A stretch of 62,956 nt of DNA, filler included, from Octopus bimaculoides (GCF_001194135.2; 4 parts of 4 records of this genome joined end to end with filler, not necessarily neighbours in it), one strand, 5' to 3'; numbered from the whole stretch's first letter, positions 23,264 through 36,669 are shown. The notes: generated from the sequence alone by a model not told the origin. Translations and numbers: made by a program.

Positions 23264-23771
23264 NNNNNNNNNNNNNNNNNNNNNNNNNNNNNNNNNNNNN
23301 NNNNNNNNNNNNNNNNNNNNNNNNNNNNNNNNNNNNNNNNNNNNNNNNNNNNNNNNNNNNNNNNNNNNNNNNNNNNNNNNNNNNNNNNNNNNNNNNNNNN
23401 NNNNNNNNNNNNNNNNNNNNNNNNNNNNNNNNNNNNNNNNNNNNNNNNNNNNNNNNNNNNNNNNNNNNNNNNNNNNNNNNNNNNNNNNNNNNNNNNNNNN
23501 NNNNNNNNNNNNNNNNNNNNNNNNNNNNNNNNNNNNNNNNNNNNNNNNNNNNNNNNNNNNNNNNNNNNNNNNNNNNNNNNNNNNNNNNNNNNNNNNNNNN
23601 NNGCGAGCGATCTTCACGTATGAATGAGGAAGGCCGAAAATTTGCAGAAATATAATATGGTTTTTATTGATAGAGGTTTCGAAGTCACTGTCAATGAAAT
23701 TAAAATTATTATATTTAAGGCTCTACACTCATATATTCGATGGAGTCTTTTAACCAGTAAACGTCTTTGTA

Positions 23772-23804
<33 letters not shown>

Positions 23805-23937
23805 ATGTTTAACACACCTCGCCGTATACATACAGCTATCGAGTGTGTGGACGGACAGAGAGACAGATAGATAGATAGACACACAGATAGATAGATACAG
23901 ACAGATAGATAGATAGACACACAATATATACATTTTT

Positions 23938-24075
23938 ACAGTTTGATTCGAGGGGGCATGCAATTTAAATTTTCGTCGGTTTCTCACAGAAACCTAGTGT
24001 GTCGATCTCATTTAGCCGGATTCAGTTAAACTGAGCCCGACAGAAACTAAGTCTCTTGAGGCCGAATCAAACTGT
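23938..24075. mobile_element. Small MITE-like element with 13-bp terminal inverted repeats
   Basis: acagtttgattcg (23938-23950) and cgaatcaaactgt (24063-24075). The TA-CAGT left end resembles Tc1-type termini. Confidence 0.5.
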
Positions 24076-24131
24076 TTTAAATAAGAATGATAATGATGTT
24101 AAGTGCCTCTTTCTTTAGTATGTCCACTCAC

Positions 24132-24167
<36 letters not shown>

Positions 24168-24325
24168 TTAGGGAATAGAACCAAGGTTCATGAACTCATC
24201 GATGAAAATCCACTAAAACAATATATTTATATATATTTAATACTGTGAAACTTAATTTTATTTTAATTTTTAATAAATTGATTTTGATTAAGTTTTTACC
24301 TGTAATTTTGGATTTTATCCCTAAC

Positions 24326-24399
<74 letters not shown>

Positions 24400-25359
24400 A
24401 TGGTGTGAGGTGTTTAAAAGAAAAGATGATTTTTTTAGTACTCAATGCATGATACAAATATAGTATATTTTCCCTACATATCCCGAAATGCATATATATC
24501 AAAATAGACTCATAAATATATACACACATGTATGAGATAAATATATAGTATACACAAATGTGATAGCAATTAAAATATACATGCAACTGTGTTAGTATCA
24601 CACAGACAATGTGTGATACATATGAAATAAAACTCTTACTTACATATTGCTCTTAATAACAATCCAGAGAGAGAAAGAGAGAGAGAGCTTGAGTATTATA
24701 GCAGCAGATGAATTATAGACAGAGAGAGATTCTATGCACTAGGGTATATATACATACATACATATATATATATATATACAAACATCTAGATATGTACACA
24801 GATGTGTTTTTTTATTGTGTAAGTAAATTTTACTGTCCCTGGGTGATGGATGATGGTGGAAGTGCTGTTGCTGCTCGACTCTTGTTTAATTAAGGTGATG
24901 TAGAGATAATGATAATGATAATACAATGAGATAGAGTAAAGTGAGGTGTGTGCGTGCGAACATGGGTGTATATGTTATAGATATAGAGGTATATAGCTAT
25001 AAAGATACACCTACACACCGAGACAGTGGTTGAAATAGACAGACAGAGAAATGTACATAGATACAAGGACTGAGAGAGAGAGAGAGAGTGATAAATAGAT
25101 AGATAGATATAAAAAGAGAGAGAGATTAAAAAGAGATGTATACAAATGTAAAAGAGAGTGACGGGAAGAGGCGATATTATACAAGTAATAGAGAGGGAGA
25201 GAAGAAAAAGAAAGAAAATGATTGAGAGAGATGAGAGATGTATAGGAAAAGAGAGGGTGATGAGTGTGATAGATACAGATTAGAGAGGGAGTGATAGGGA
25301 GAGGAAAGAATACTAGACACACACACAGGGGGAGGAAGAGAAAGAAAGAGAGGAGCAAA

Positions 25360-25790
25360 ACATCGACAAAATAATGGCCGACCGAAGCGATACTTGAATA
25401 GTGAAGTAGTTTACTCCACCCACTCCTCAATACAGAGAGAAAGAGAAAGTGAGAGAGGAGAGAGAAGCCAGAAACAATGCCTCAGTGATAAATAGATACA
25501 TAAATGTAGAGAGCGAGAGAGGAGGAGACTAGAAAGAAAGAGAGAGGGGCAAAGAATCGACAAAAATAATGGAGTATTCTATTCCTCCCATCCCTCCACA
25601 AAAACTTTACCCCGCCATCACTTCCAATTGAACTATAGCAACAGCGCATGCGCATATAAAGCAACCACAAGAACAAACGGTGCCGGTTCTTAATTTTCCT
25701 CCACCTCCCGTTGTGTATTCACAGTACCCGACCTCTTATCCGGCTTCCAGTCATCCGGAAATACATTGTAACATGCCAGGTAAAGTACCC
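25360..25790. promoter_or_regulatory. Candidate (bidirectional) housekeeping-type promoter
   Basis: NRF1-type palindrome GCGCATGCGC at 25644-25653 and TATAAA at 25655-25660. ETS-like GGAAGTG is fused to GATGGCG on the minus strand (25613-25625), with CCGGAA on plus (~25755) and a YY1-like AATAATGGCCG (~25370). Outward-facing ATG-plus-donor signals: minus ATGGCGGG|gtaaag (25618-25611) and plus ATGCCAG|gtaaag (25773-25779). Confidence 0.5.
25725..25779 (+). other. Candidate plus-strand exon (first or second exon of a divergent gene)
   Basis: Pyrimidine tract plus cacag acceptor at 25721-25724 and donor CAG|gtaaag at 25780. It contains ATG CCA G. Product unknown. Confidence 0.35.
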
Positions 25791-27792
25791 TGCATTGAAT
25801 AAAACAGACCCAGGAGTTAATTTACATACAGTGTATCAAAAATAGTTTTTTTTCCTTACTTTTTCGAGTGGTTTCATAAACATTAAACAATCATGTTCTT
25901 TACTCTTCTTCATTTAATTTTTATCCTATAAACCCTGTATACATGATACAACATGACATATTTTAAGAATTTTAAATGAATTAATACAAAGCAGACTCTG
26001 CTTTAGAAATGTATTCATTTGATTCCGTTAAATACAGTTTAGTTCATTACTTTTCATACTTAATTTCATATTTCAAGTTCTTTTTCCTAAGCTGTCTCCC
26101 GAAAACCGGAAAACCCAGAAATCCGGGACACTGATCCCTGCTTTAGCCAGAGTTAGCGTCTGCGCGTGCGCTAGTGCCCAGCAACACCATCATCGTCAAT
26201 ACTGTCCGTAGCTATATTTTGCTTGTTTCAATCAAAAGACAGCAGGTTTAAGTAGCATGAATCCACCCAAGTACTTTTCTTAAAAACTGCTACATATCCT
26301 ATCGGTTCATTTTGCCGAACGGCTAGTAAACGGTTGTCAAGCGTTGGTGATGGGGGAAAGCACACATAATATCTATCTATCTATCTATATATATATAATG
26401 TTTAGATTTAGATTCAAAATTGAATATGGTACTTATGTTTAGGCACCACGCACGTTTCATGCTACTCCATTTATTTAAGTAATGCGAGCATTACATTAAA
26501 TGCAATATGTAGAGCAATCTTCAGCTGCACGAAAATGTAGAAACATTACAGTAGAATAGACATATAATTGTGGCAACATTTCAAATCCAAGTGGGAAGAA
26601 GAATACATAAAAATCCATCTTGACATAGCCAAGGCTATCAGACTAGTAATTGGTTCTAGGCAGAATTCTAACTGTCTCTGATTTTATTGTCTCTTATCTA
26701 NNNNNNNNNNNNNNNNNNNNNNNNNNNNNNNNNNNNNNNNNNNNNNNNNNNNNNNNNNNNNNNNNNNNNNNNNNNNNNNNNNNNNNNNNNNNNNNNNNNN
26801 NNNNNNNNNNNNNNNNNNNNNNNNNNNNNNNNNNNNNNNNNNNNNNNNNNNNATATATATATACGCAACCAATTTCATTCAAATTTTACAGATGCCTTAC
26901 ATAGGGTTCCAGTTGTGTTTTAGTCAAAAAAATTTTTTAACTTCTTGCAGAGTTCGAGCCCACGGCAACATAATATCTCCTCGACTAAAGGCGATGCTCC
27001 AGCATGGCCGCAGTCAAATGACTCAAAACAAATAAAAGAGTATGTACAATGAAATCGAATGAATTACAACACAATAAATCCCAAAGATTAAATGGTTAAA
27101 ATTCAGAAGGGCATCCTGCTGCAGTAACCAAACCAAAGCAGATTGGAACCTGGTGCAGCTCTGCAGCTTACCAGTTCCAATCAAATTGTCTAACCCATGC
27201 CAGAATGAAAACAAGCGCTAAATACTGATTTCAAGAATGATGTTAAATATCTACTGAAAAATAGAACAGGTATTTTCTGCAAGTCGTGTTGTCTTAATAA
27301 AGCTGACATATCTCAACAGGAAAATAGTTTCAAACATTGACATTCCTCAACAAAAGACAGATTGGTAAATAAAACTGCTTCCTGCAGGTTAAGGGTAACA
27401 AAATTTTGAGTGGAGATATCTGATTTCTGCAGTAAAAGACTTGTAAAAGGATAAAAGACAATGCCTTGCTGTCACAGCTCGGTCTGCTAAAAATAGCAAC
27501 AAAATCTCACTGAAATCAAATCATTCTATTTTAAGGAAGGAAGGAAGGACAAATTAGATAGAATAGAGTCCGGGATAGAGTGCTTGATAAAAAATGTAGA
27601 GGGAAGAGGTGATGTAGGATGGAATGCTGCTGAACATAGGTCTGCTTGATCAGAGCTGTCCAAGAGCTAGATTATGGAGCAAACAAGAGAGACCATGACA
27701 TGCAAGAAATAGCAGCCAAATCCTTCTCAAATTATACCTTACTCTTTAAGAGCAAAATTAAATTTCATGGTTACTCCAATAATGATGTTAAA

Positions 27793-28158
27793 TACTCTTT
27801 TACTTGTTTCAGTCGTTTGACTGCGGCCATGCTGGAGCACCGTCTTTAGTCGAGAAAATCGACCCCAGGACTTATTCTTTGTAAGCCTAGTACTTATTCT
27901 ATCGGTCTCTTTTTGCCGAACCACATCAGTTTTCAAGCGATGGTGGGGGGACAAACACAGACACACAAACATACATATGTATATATATATATATATACAA
28001 TGAGATTCTTTCAGCTTCCGTCTACCAAATCCACTCACAAGGCTTTTTGGTTGGCCCGAGGCTATAAGTAGAAGACACTTGGCCAAGGTGCCACGTAGTG
28101 GGACTGAACCTGGAAACCATGTGGTTGGTAAGCAAGCTACTTACCACACAGCCACTCG
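27793..28158 (-). mobile_element. SINE family A
   Basis: tactcttttacttgtttcagtc ... ccacacagccactc. Confidence 0.9.
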
Positions 28159-28849
28159 TAAATTTAGGAATATCTATAACTACAATTTTTTTAATGTGTC
28201 TTCCCCTTTACTTGAGACACTGAAGCATGAATCGAGGGAAACTTAACAACTGCTTTTTGCAAGTCGTTCAACAAGCTACAGGCTCCCTCCTTGGCTTGTT
28301 GCCCAACATTATTATGAAACATTGGCGCAGATCAGAAGGTTTTATTTTGTTTTCCTTTTTTTTACACAGACCATCTGTGTAAACACATTTTTTAAAAAAA
28401 CTTTTAGTCTGTTGGCCCATTGGATGCTCTACCAGTCAATGACGACTGCCGTAATGAGCTGAGGGTTTTGTTTTTATTAGACAGATGGTTGCAAATTGTG
28501 AAATGGAAGACTGTTTATATAAACAAGGTGCAGACATAGCCGTATGGTTAAAAAAATTAGCTTCACAACTACGAGGTGCATTCCAGAAGTTTTAAGACTT
28601 TTTCAAGAGGCCCAGTTGGTATTAGTCATCTACAATAGTAAGCTCCTTAGAGAGCTAAACAGGCCCCCTTTATCATCACTGACACTTCCAGTCCATAATA
28701 TGGCGATAGCTGTATTCCCAAACCACCTCTGGCTACAAATCTGTGTAGCCTCTCCCTTCTTACATAATGGAGAAGAATGTTTCCATCTTTATAACCGGTT
28801 TCTAAAAATATCATGAAGATTTTATTTCCTTTTACTTGTTTCAGTCACT

Positions 28850-29760
28850 GGACTGTGGCCATGCTGGGGCACCACCTTGAAAGGCTTTACTCAGTGGTTG
28901 TCAACCTGGGTGCACATAAGATTTTTTTAAGGGCCTACACAAACGAAATAGTAAATTGGGGACCCACAGTAGCTATGTTAAGTGTCAATGAAAAAGGTTG
29001 GCTTAGATGTATTTATCGCAGGATCAGTGGCCATGCTGGGGCACCACCTTGAAGGGTTTCACTCAGTGGTTCTCAATCAGGGCCCATATGACACCTGGGG
29101 GTCCATATAAAATTTTTAAGGGTCCACACAAGTGAACTAGTCAATTAGGGACTCAATGAAAAGATCTTGTTTTAGATGTATTTATTGCAAGAAACAGCCA
29201 GGTTCCTTCCTCTAATGTTAAACGTAGTTCAACCTCCACAAGGGAATGTGTGACAAAACAAAATAGGAATGTTGAAAGAAGTGTCTATAAAACTAGTTTT
29301 TAAACAATGACTGGCTATTGGGATCCACCAGAATAAAATAGCATTTCAAAGGGATCCGTAGATTAAAAAAAAAATGGTCAAGAACCCCTGCTTTAGGTAT
29401 ATGTATTGCAAAGAAACAGCCAGGTTCCTTCCTCTAATGTTATATGTAGTTCAACCTACACAAGTTAATGTGTGAAAAAGAAGATAGGAATTTTGAAAGA
29501 AGTTTCTATATAACTAGTTTTTAGACATCAATTGGGTATCAGGATCCACCAGAATAAAATTGTAATCAAAGGGGTCCATTGATAAAAAATAGTTGAGAAC
29601 CCCTGCTTTAGATGTATGTATTGGTATTTTATTGCAAGAAACAGTTAGGTTTCTTTCTCTAACATTTTACATAGATCAACCTACACAAGTTAATGTGTGA
29701 AAAAGAAGATAGGAATTTTGAAAGAAGTTTCTATGAAACAAATTTGTAGGACATTGATTG
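28850..29760. mobile_element. hAT (Charlie-like) MITE with tandemly duplicated ends
   Basis: Left TIR-like cagtggtt(g/c)tcaa at 28892 and 29064. Right TIR-like (tt/tc)(g/a)agaacccctg ends at 29390 and 29605. The ~215-bp 3' unit is repeated 2-3 times. Confidence 0.7.
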
Positions 29761-29924
29761 GCNNNNNNNNNNNNNNNNNNNNNNNNNNNNNNNNNNNNNN
29801 NNNNNNNNNNNNNNNNNNNNNNNNNNNNNNNNNNNNNNNNNNNNNNNNNNNNNNNNNNNNNNNNNNNNNNNNNNNNNNNNNNNNNNNNNNNNNNNGAAGA
29901 TAAATACATGCGTGCAGACCCATG

Positions 29925-30065
29925 GCAGGTTTCTTTCAGTTGTTTCTGTCCACCAGATTCACTCACAAGGCTTTTGGTTGGCTTGAAGCTATAGTAGAAG
30001 ATACTTGCCCAAGGTGCCATACAGTGGGACTGAACCTGAAACCATGTAGTTGGTAAGCAAGCTTC
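29925..30065 (-). mobile_element. SINE family A, 5' half
   Basis: cactcacaaggctttt..gaagatacttgcccaaggtgcc..gggactgaacc. Confidence 0.8.
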
Positions 30066-30320
30066 CTATGACAGCCTCATCCCAACGTTTCTGCTTTTTA
30101 TAATAACCATTGCCAACTCCTTATGTCATGGAGACAATTTTTATTCAGTAAAATGAACCACCACCCAACATCCCATAACAATTTAGAGAGAGATGCCACT
30201 TCCCCACTGCAGTGAAGGTAAACTATCAAGGATGCTGCTTGCTTACTTGCTTGTACTGGTTTTAGCCCAAGATGACCTATGCCAGGTCCAACCAGTATGT
30301 AATGAAAATATATATATATA

Positions 30321-30528
30321 CATACATACATACACACATGTATAAATATAGGCAAACTAACATTTGTTTTTGTTTTTTTATAAGCATCAAAATGTGTATT
30401 GAATGTTTCAAACTAAATATTTTTTCGAATGCAATATTTAGTTTGTAATATTCAACACACATTTTGATGCATATAAAAAAAAACAAATGTTAATTTGCAT
30501 ATATTTATACATGTGTGTATGTATGTAT
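30321..30528. repeat. AT-rich fold-back palindrome, ~100-bp arms, ~10-nt loop
   Basis: catacacacatgtataaatataggcaaactaacatttg...aaactaaatatt pairs with aatatttagttt...caaatgttaatttgcatatatttatacatgtgtgtatg. Confidence 0.85.
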
Positions 30529-30675
30529 AACATCAGCGGTTCAGGCAAAAGAGCAGAAATACTGGGTAAATTACCCATACAAAGTGGAAAAATTTGTCAA
30601 CAACCAGCCATGGGACTCGAACCCATATCCTTCAAAGACTCTGGCTGAGTGTTTTACCAGTAAGCTGAGCTGTTA

Positions 30676-30801
30676 AATAGCTAAATGTACAACTATGTGT
30701 ATAAATATAAACAAGCTAACATTTGTTTTTTTTTTATTAGCATCAAAATGTGTAATGTTAGTCTGTTTATATTTATACACATAGTTGTACATTTAGCTAT
30801 T
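30676..30801. repeat. Related fold-back with perfect 38-bp arms
   Basis: 30676-30713 is the exact reverse complement of 30764-30801, and 8 more base pairs form inside. The loop is homologous to the left arm of the 30321 element. Confidence 0.9.
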
Positions 30802-30967
30802 ATGCTGTATTTTGCAACATACAAGTCAACATTTTCTGACCAAAATTTACAGCCACCAAGACAACTTGGGGGGAACCAAAATTTCCATGTCAAATGAAGT
30901 AGAAAAATTTGTCAACAACCAGCCATGGGACTCGAAGACGACTTGGGAGGACCAAAATTTCCATGTG

Positions 30968-31253
30968 AAATGTATTTCTTTATTGCCCACAAGGGGCTAA
31001 ACATAGAGGGGACAAACAAGGACAGAGAAAGGGATTAAGTCGATTACATCTACGCCAGTGCGCAACTGGTATTTAATTTATCGATCCCCAAAAGGATGAA
31101 AGGCAAAGTTGACCTCGGCGGAATTTGAACTCAGAACGTAACAGCAGAAGAAATACCGCTAAGCATTTCACCTGGTGTGTTAACGNNNNNNNNNNAAGAA
31201 ATACCGCTAAGCATTTCACCTGGTGTGTTAACGGTTCTGCCAGCACGCCACCT
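30968..31253 (-). mobile_element. SINE family C, near full length (gap-duplicated middle)
   Basis: atttctttattgcccacaaggggc...ggatgaaaggcaaagttgacctcggcggaatttgaactc...gccagcacgccacctt. Confidence 0.88.
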
Positions 31254-31499
31254 TCAATAGAACGAAAATTACAGAAGCGAAACTTGCCAAATAACTGACT
31301 TCGTGATTTCTATTTTTGCAGAATCTTAATCTCCAATGTTTAAAACATCCAAAATGTAAGAAATTAGTCTTTTCATAAACTAAATAAAGTGTTATTCGTA
31401 GCGGAGTAAAAGACAGAATTTTTTTTTTTTTAATGGTCACGGTCGGCCCGCTTTTNNNNNNNNNNNNNNNNNNNNNNNNNNNNNNNNNNNNNNNNNNNN

Positions 31500-31511
31500 T
31501 TAATTAATTAA
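31500..31511. other. Assembly linker TTAATTAATTAA between N runs (also at about 51175 and 54355)
   Basis: The same six-frame-stop 12-mer is isolated by Ns three times. Confidence 0.9.
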
Positions 31512-31589
31512 NNNNNNNNNNNNNNNNNNNNNNNNNNNNNNNNNNNNNNNNNNNNAGAGAGAGAGAGAGAGAGAGAGAAAGAAAGAAAG

Positions 31590-31640
<51 letters not shown>

Positions 31641-32650
31641 GAGAGAGTAGAAAAGTATATATATATATATATAGATAAAGTAAAACATATATACACAGTA
31701 CAAATATGCAAGATTTTTATCAAGTTTAAAATTTAGCTCTGTTTTTGTTGTCTGCATTCTAAAGATAGAGCTTTGCATCTTTGTTAGAAACCAGCTTCTT
31801 CCCTACAGGGATACTTCACACAATTGAAAATATAAAAGAACGACTTATATTCATTTATCAATCCACCCATCGATCGATCGAGCCATCGAATGATCTATCC
31901 ATCGTCTGTCCGTCCGTCCGCCCGTCCGTTCATCCACTGATGTTCATAGATATATGCTTTCGCTAAGTGAATGCGTTGAAATACCTCAGAAAGTAAAAGC
32001 ATTCTTTCGATTCTGCATATATTATGTCCACATAAAAGTTGAATATCTTTGGTTATGTTTTTATGCAATCACTCAAGGTATTTTCTTTCTTTCAAAACAA
32101 AAATATAACACCCGACAAAACCATCATGAGAGTCTCTAAAAAGCATACAGGCTCAACAAAATATTTACAACAGACTAAATCCGAGGAATATTTCATTAAG
32201 AAATATATATTCATTCAAATGTGTTTTCTTGCTTGTCGTGTCCTAAAAATTGTTCTGTGAGCAAATAAAAAAGAGAAATATATTTAAACATAACGTATTT
32301 CATTTGTCAATACATGTAACGTGACATTCATATTTTTTTTGTCAGTTACATTCAGTTCTTTCTAAACCCTTTACATATGACATAATTCTTGCTATTCTGA
32401 GAAGTATTATTTCAGCATTAATTTTATATAAATATACGCATATTTGCAAGTGTACATATCTGAAAAACAAACACACCCCCTCACACACTCACAGTATAAA
32501 TACACTTACGCGCATACACGTATATATATTTATATACGAACAGATATATATATATATATTCTGTGTGTACATATGTATAGATTAATGTAGATATTCACTC
32601 ATACCCGTGTACATACAAACACAAATATATGAATACACACACACACACAC

Positions 32651-32702
<52 letters not shown>

Positions 32703-32724
32703 TTACATAAATACATATATACAG

Positions 32725-32756
<32 letters not shown>

Positions 32757-33362
32757 AAAAATTTGCATATACATACACGTGTGTATACGTATACATATGG
32801 CCATACGTATATATTACATGAGTATATGTAAATTTGTGTATGAATATGTGTATAAAGATATGCATATGTATGTGTGTATGTATGTATATATGTATGCATG
32901 CATGTATGTGTGTGTATGTATGTATGTATGTATGTATGTATGTATGTATGTATGCATCTATGGCAGTGTGAACGTACAACAAAACCCAGTGTTATGCGGC
33001 ATATCTGGGTGTGCGTGCTTTCTGATAAAATATATATTTTAGAAACGCTACGTAACTCTGTAATTAGATTTAAATTTTGATAAACAAGTAGAAGAATTAT
33101 CCAAACTGTAAAATAAATGAATGAAATAAATAAGAAAAATAATTCAAGTCATAGAAAATAGGTTTCAATACTTTATTTTACTTTCAATAATATATTTTCG
33201 AAACAACTACTGACGTAAATGCGAAATGAGAAGTAGAGAAACTAAAATAGACAAATTCTGTGTCTCCCTCTCTCTCATATATAAACATACATACATATAT
33301 TTATGATATGTATACATGTACATACGTATGTATGTATATACATACGTGCATACTTATATGCG

Positions 33363-33393
<31 letters not shown>

Positions 33394-33765
33394 AAGCTCA
33401 CGCATATACACATATATAATTAAAAAATGTCTTTTAGTAAGATGAGGGTTGATAATTTTTTTCAAATTAAAGAAACATGCTTTTTACAAGAGCATAATCC
33501 ATTAAATTTATATATGTATGTATATATTTTTATATATATCCACATGTTTCTATATGTATGTATGTGTGCGCGAGTGATTATGCGTGTGTGTGCGCGAGTG
33601 ATTATGCGTGTGTGTGTGTGCGTGTGTCTATATGTGCGTGTGTGTGTAAATACGTATGTAGTTCCAACTCTCAAAATACAAATATCCGCAATCTTTATTT
33701 GACGTGCCTTCTGCTCATGTCGTGTTTCTTTAGCAAATCGTGCCTCTTTAGATATTTACTCACTG

Positions 33766-33817
<52 letters not shown>

Positions 33818-34142
33818 ACACTCTCACACACACACTCTCACACACACACTCTCACACGCGCACAGATGAATACACATATACACATATATACGCAATCTCA
33901 TACGCACACATATGCATACGTTAACATACATATTAGGCACACACAATGGGTACACTCTTACAGATAATACTTAGAGTTTTAAAGAAATCTACTTTCGACA
34001 CACAGACATTCACACGCAAATATATGCTGTACATATGTGCACTCACATACATAACATACAACACATACACACAATATATGCATATATATTTATACACATA
34101 TTATATACATAAGTATTGCGTATACGTTAAGCTTATATATAT

Positions 34143-34174
<32 letters not shown>

Positions 34175-34180
34175 AATATA

Positions 34181-34275
<95 letters not shown>

Positions 34276-34276
34276 T

Positions 34277-34307
<31 letters not shown>

Positions 34308-34827
34308 GTATTTATGTATGTTTGCAGATATGTAAGTATATGTATACATAAATACATACATACATAATATACATGTATATATATATATGTATTATATTTA
34401 TATATATATATGTATTATATATATATGTATATGTATGTATGTAGGTAGGTAAGTATGTGTATACATACATACATATTTATATATGTATATACGTATGTAT
34501 ATATCTGTAAACTTACACCCACGTATATATATACGCGTGGCATATGGATTTGTTAATGCACACACGTATGCATATTCATTCACACATAACGAATTGTAAA
34601 CACATACATACATATATATATGTGTGTGTGTGTGTGTTTGTGTGTGCAATGTTGATAACTGATCTATGATGTAATTGGGTTTACATAAAGAAATATAAAA
34701 AAATAAAAAAATAGATATTTTAGTTAAAACAACTGCAAAGAAAATCTGCTGAGTTTACAATCTATTATATATTATATAATAATGCTCTACAAAGTTTCTA
34801 AAATTGCATTGAATTACATGTATACAT

Positions 34828-34866
<39 letters not shown>

Positions 34867-34944
34867 CTAATACTCAAACATACACAAACTCTTATATGCA
34901 TGGATACCAAAATAAGTAGAAATTTCTATTCAACGAACACCACG

Positions 34945-34978
<34 letters not shown>

Positions 34979-34988
34979 TGTATGTATG

Positions 34989-35022
<34 letters not shown>

Positions 35023-35404
35023 TGTATGTATGTATGTATGTATTATTTGTACGGGAGTGTTTTCATTCTCATTATTATTCTGATTTTAATGTATTCTTAA
35101 ATGGAAATTTAACATGTTGTATTATGTTGAAGTTAGGTTTCTTTGTTAGATAGAAAATTTTCAAAAAGGAATCAGCTTATAAATTGAATACATTGCAGTT
35201 TGTGTAAAATATCACAATAGCAACTAATAAAACAAGATGTGTTATTTCTATATTTTCTCGATAAACGGGACATCATTCTTCCTCTCTCCATCCACCATTC
35301 TCCACCCACCCGCCCTCACGAAACTCCTGTTATATACTAAATTGAAACAAACAAATACACACACACATATCACACATACATTTATATATGCACACATACA
35401 TACA

Positions 35405-35447
<43 letters not shown>

Positions 35448-35964
35448 GTGTATATAGATATCTTTAACATCATCATCATCATCATCATCATCATCATTTA
35501 AACAGTTTCACGTGAGTTTCTACTCAACCACCAGGTGTACCACTCTATTGTTGTGGTGGTGTGCGCAGCATTGTGTTTTGGGAAGTGCAGGCTTGTAATT
35601 TTTATAAAATATCTATTTTGATTTATTGCAAGGCTTGTATTATTGTTTTTGTGTGATATTTTAATGTATCGCCTGTTCTGTTTATTGTAAAGACTATATA
35701 CTATATTGGTCGTGTCATATTGTTGGTTGGTAAATCTCTAGAGCACGTATTGTGTAAGTCGTACTGTGAAAATGGATGACGATTGTATAATGTACATTTG
35801 TGTTGCTTTCCTGAAATTAGTCTTGAGCAGTATGTTGTATGTGCCTAGCAGGACTAATTTCCGGTTGTTTGCACATAGTTGTGAAACCTAGTACTGTGTC
35901 TAGTTTGACTCATGCTTTTTTCTTTATCATACTCGGTGTTCCAGTTATTATTACGAGCATACTC

Positions 35965-36380
35965 TTTTACTCTATTACTTGTTTCAGTCATTTGACTGCG
36001 GCCATGCTGGAGCACCGCCTTTTAGTCGAGCAAATCGACCCCAGGACTTATTCTTTGTAAGCCTAACACTTATTCTATCGGTTCTTTTGCCGAACCACTA
36101 AGTTACGGGGGCGTAAACACACACACCAGCATCGGTTGTCAAGCGATGTTGGGGGATGGGGGACAAACATGGACACACAAACACACACACATACATATAT
36201 ATATACATATACATATATACGACGGGCTTCTTTCAGTTTCCGTCTACCAAATCCACTCACAAGGCTTTGGTCGGCCCGAGGCTATAGTAGAAGACACTTG
36301 CCTAAAGTGCCACGCAGCGGGACTGAAACCGGAACCATTTGGTTGGTAAGCAAGCTACTTACCACACGGCCACTTCTGCA
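35965..36380 (-). mobile_element. SINE family A, full length
   Basis: Nearly identical to 16750-17156. Confidence 0.92.
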
Positions 36381-36669
36381 CCTTTACTTTCATCTTTACT
36401 TTCATCTTTACTTTCATACCAAAAACCCTGTTTTTTTTTTCTATTTCAAGATCCTTGTTCTTTGATATTTTCCCGACTTCTCTTTGGTCAGAAAAAATCA
36501 AGATATTTAACGGAATATACAAATTTTGTTCCTCTCATTTATAATTATATCTGGTTGATTTGAGTTCGTATTCTTCTTAATATGGACAGCAATGTCTTCA
36601 GTCATTGTGGCTCGATCGTTGTTATATACTATGTTTGGTACATGCTTTATCACTTCTTTATTTTCACGT

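Noticed and set aside
26093-26150. hAT-Blackjack-like terminus and nearby GCGCGTGCGC / CCGGAA motifs
   Set aside because: Only one end is visible and the motif matches are short, so I cannot distinguish a TE end from a promoter extension.
31322-31355. 34-nt plus-strand exon-like segment (ttctatttttgcag|...AAAAT|gtaaga)
   Set aside because: It gives an immediate stop after ATG CCA G and has no other support; kept only as a weak candidate.
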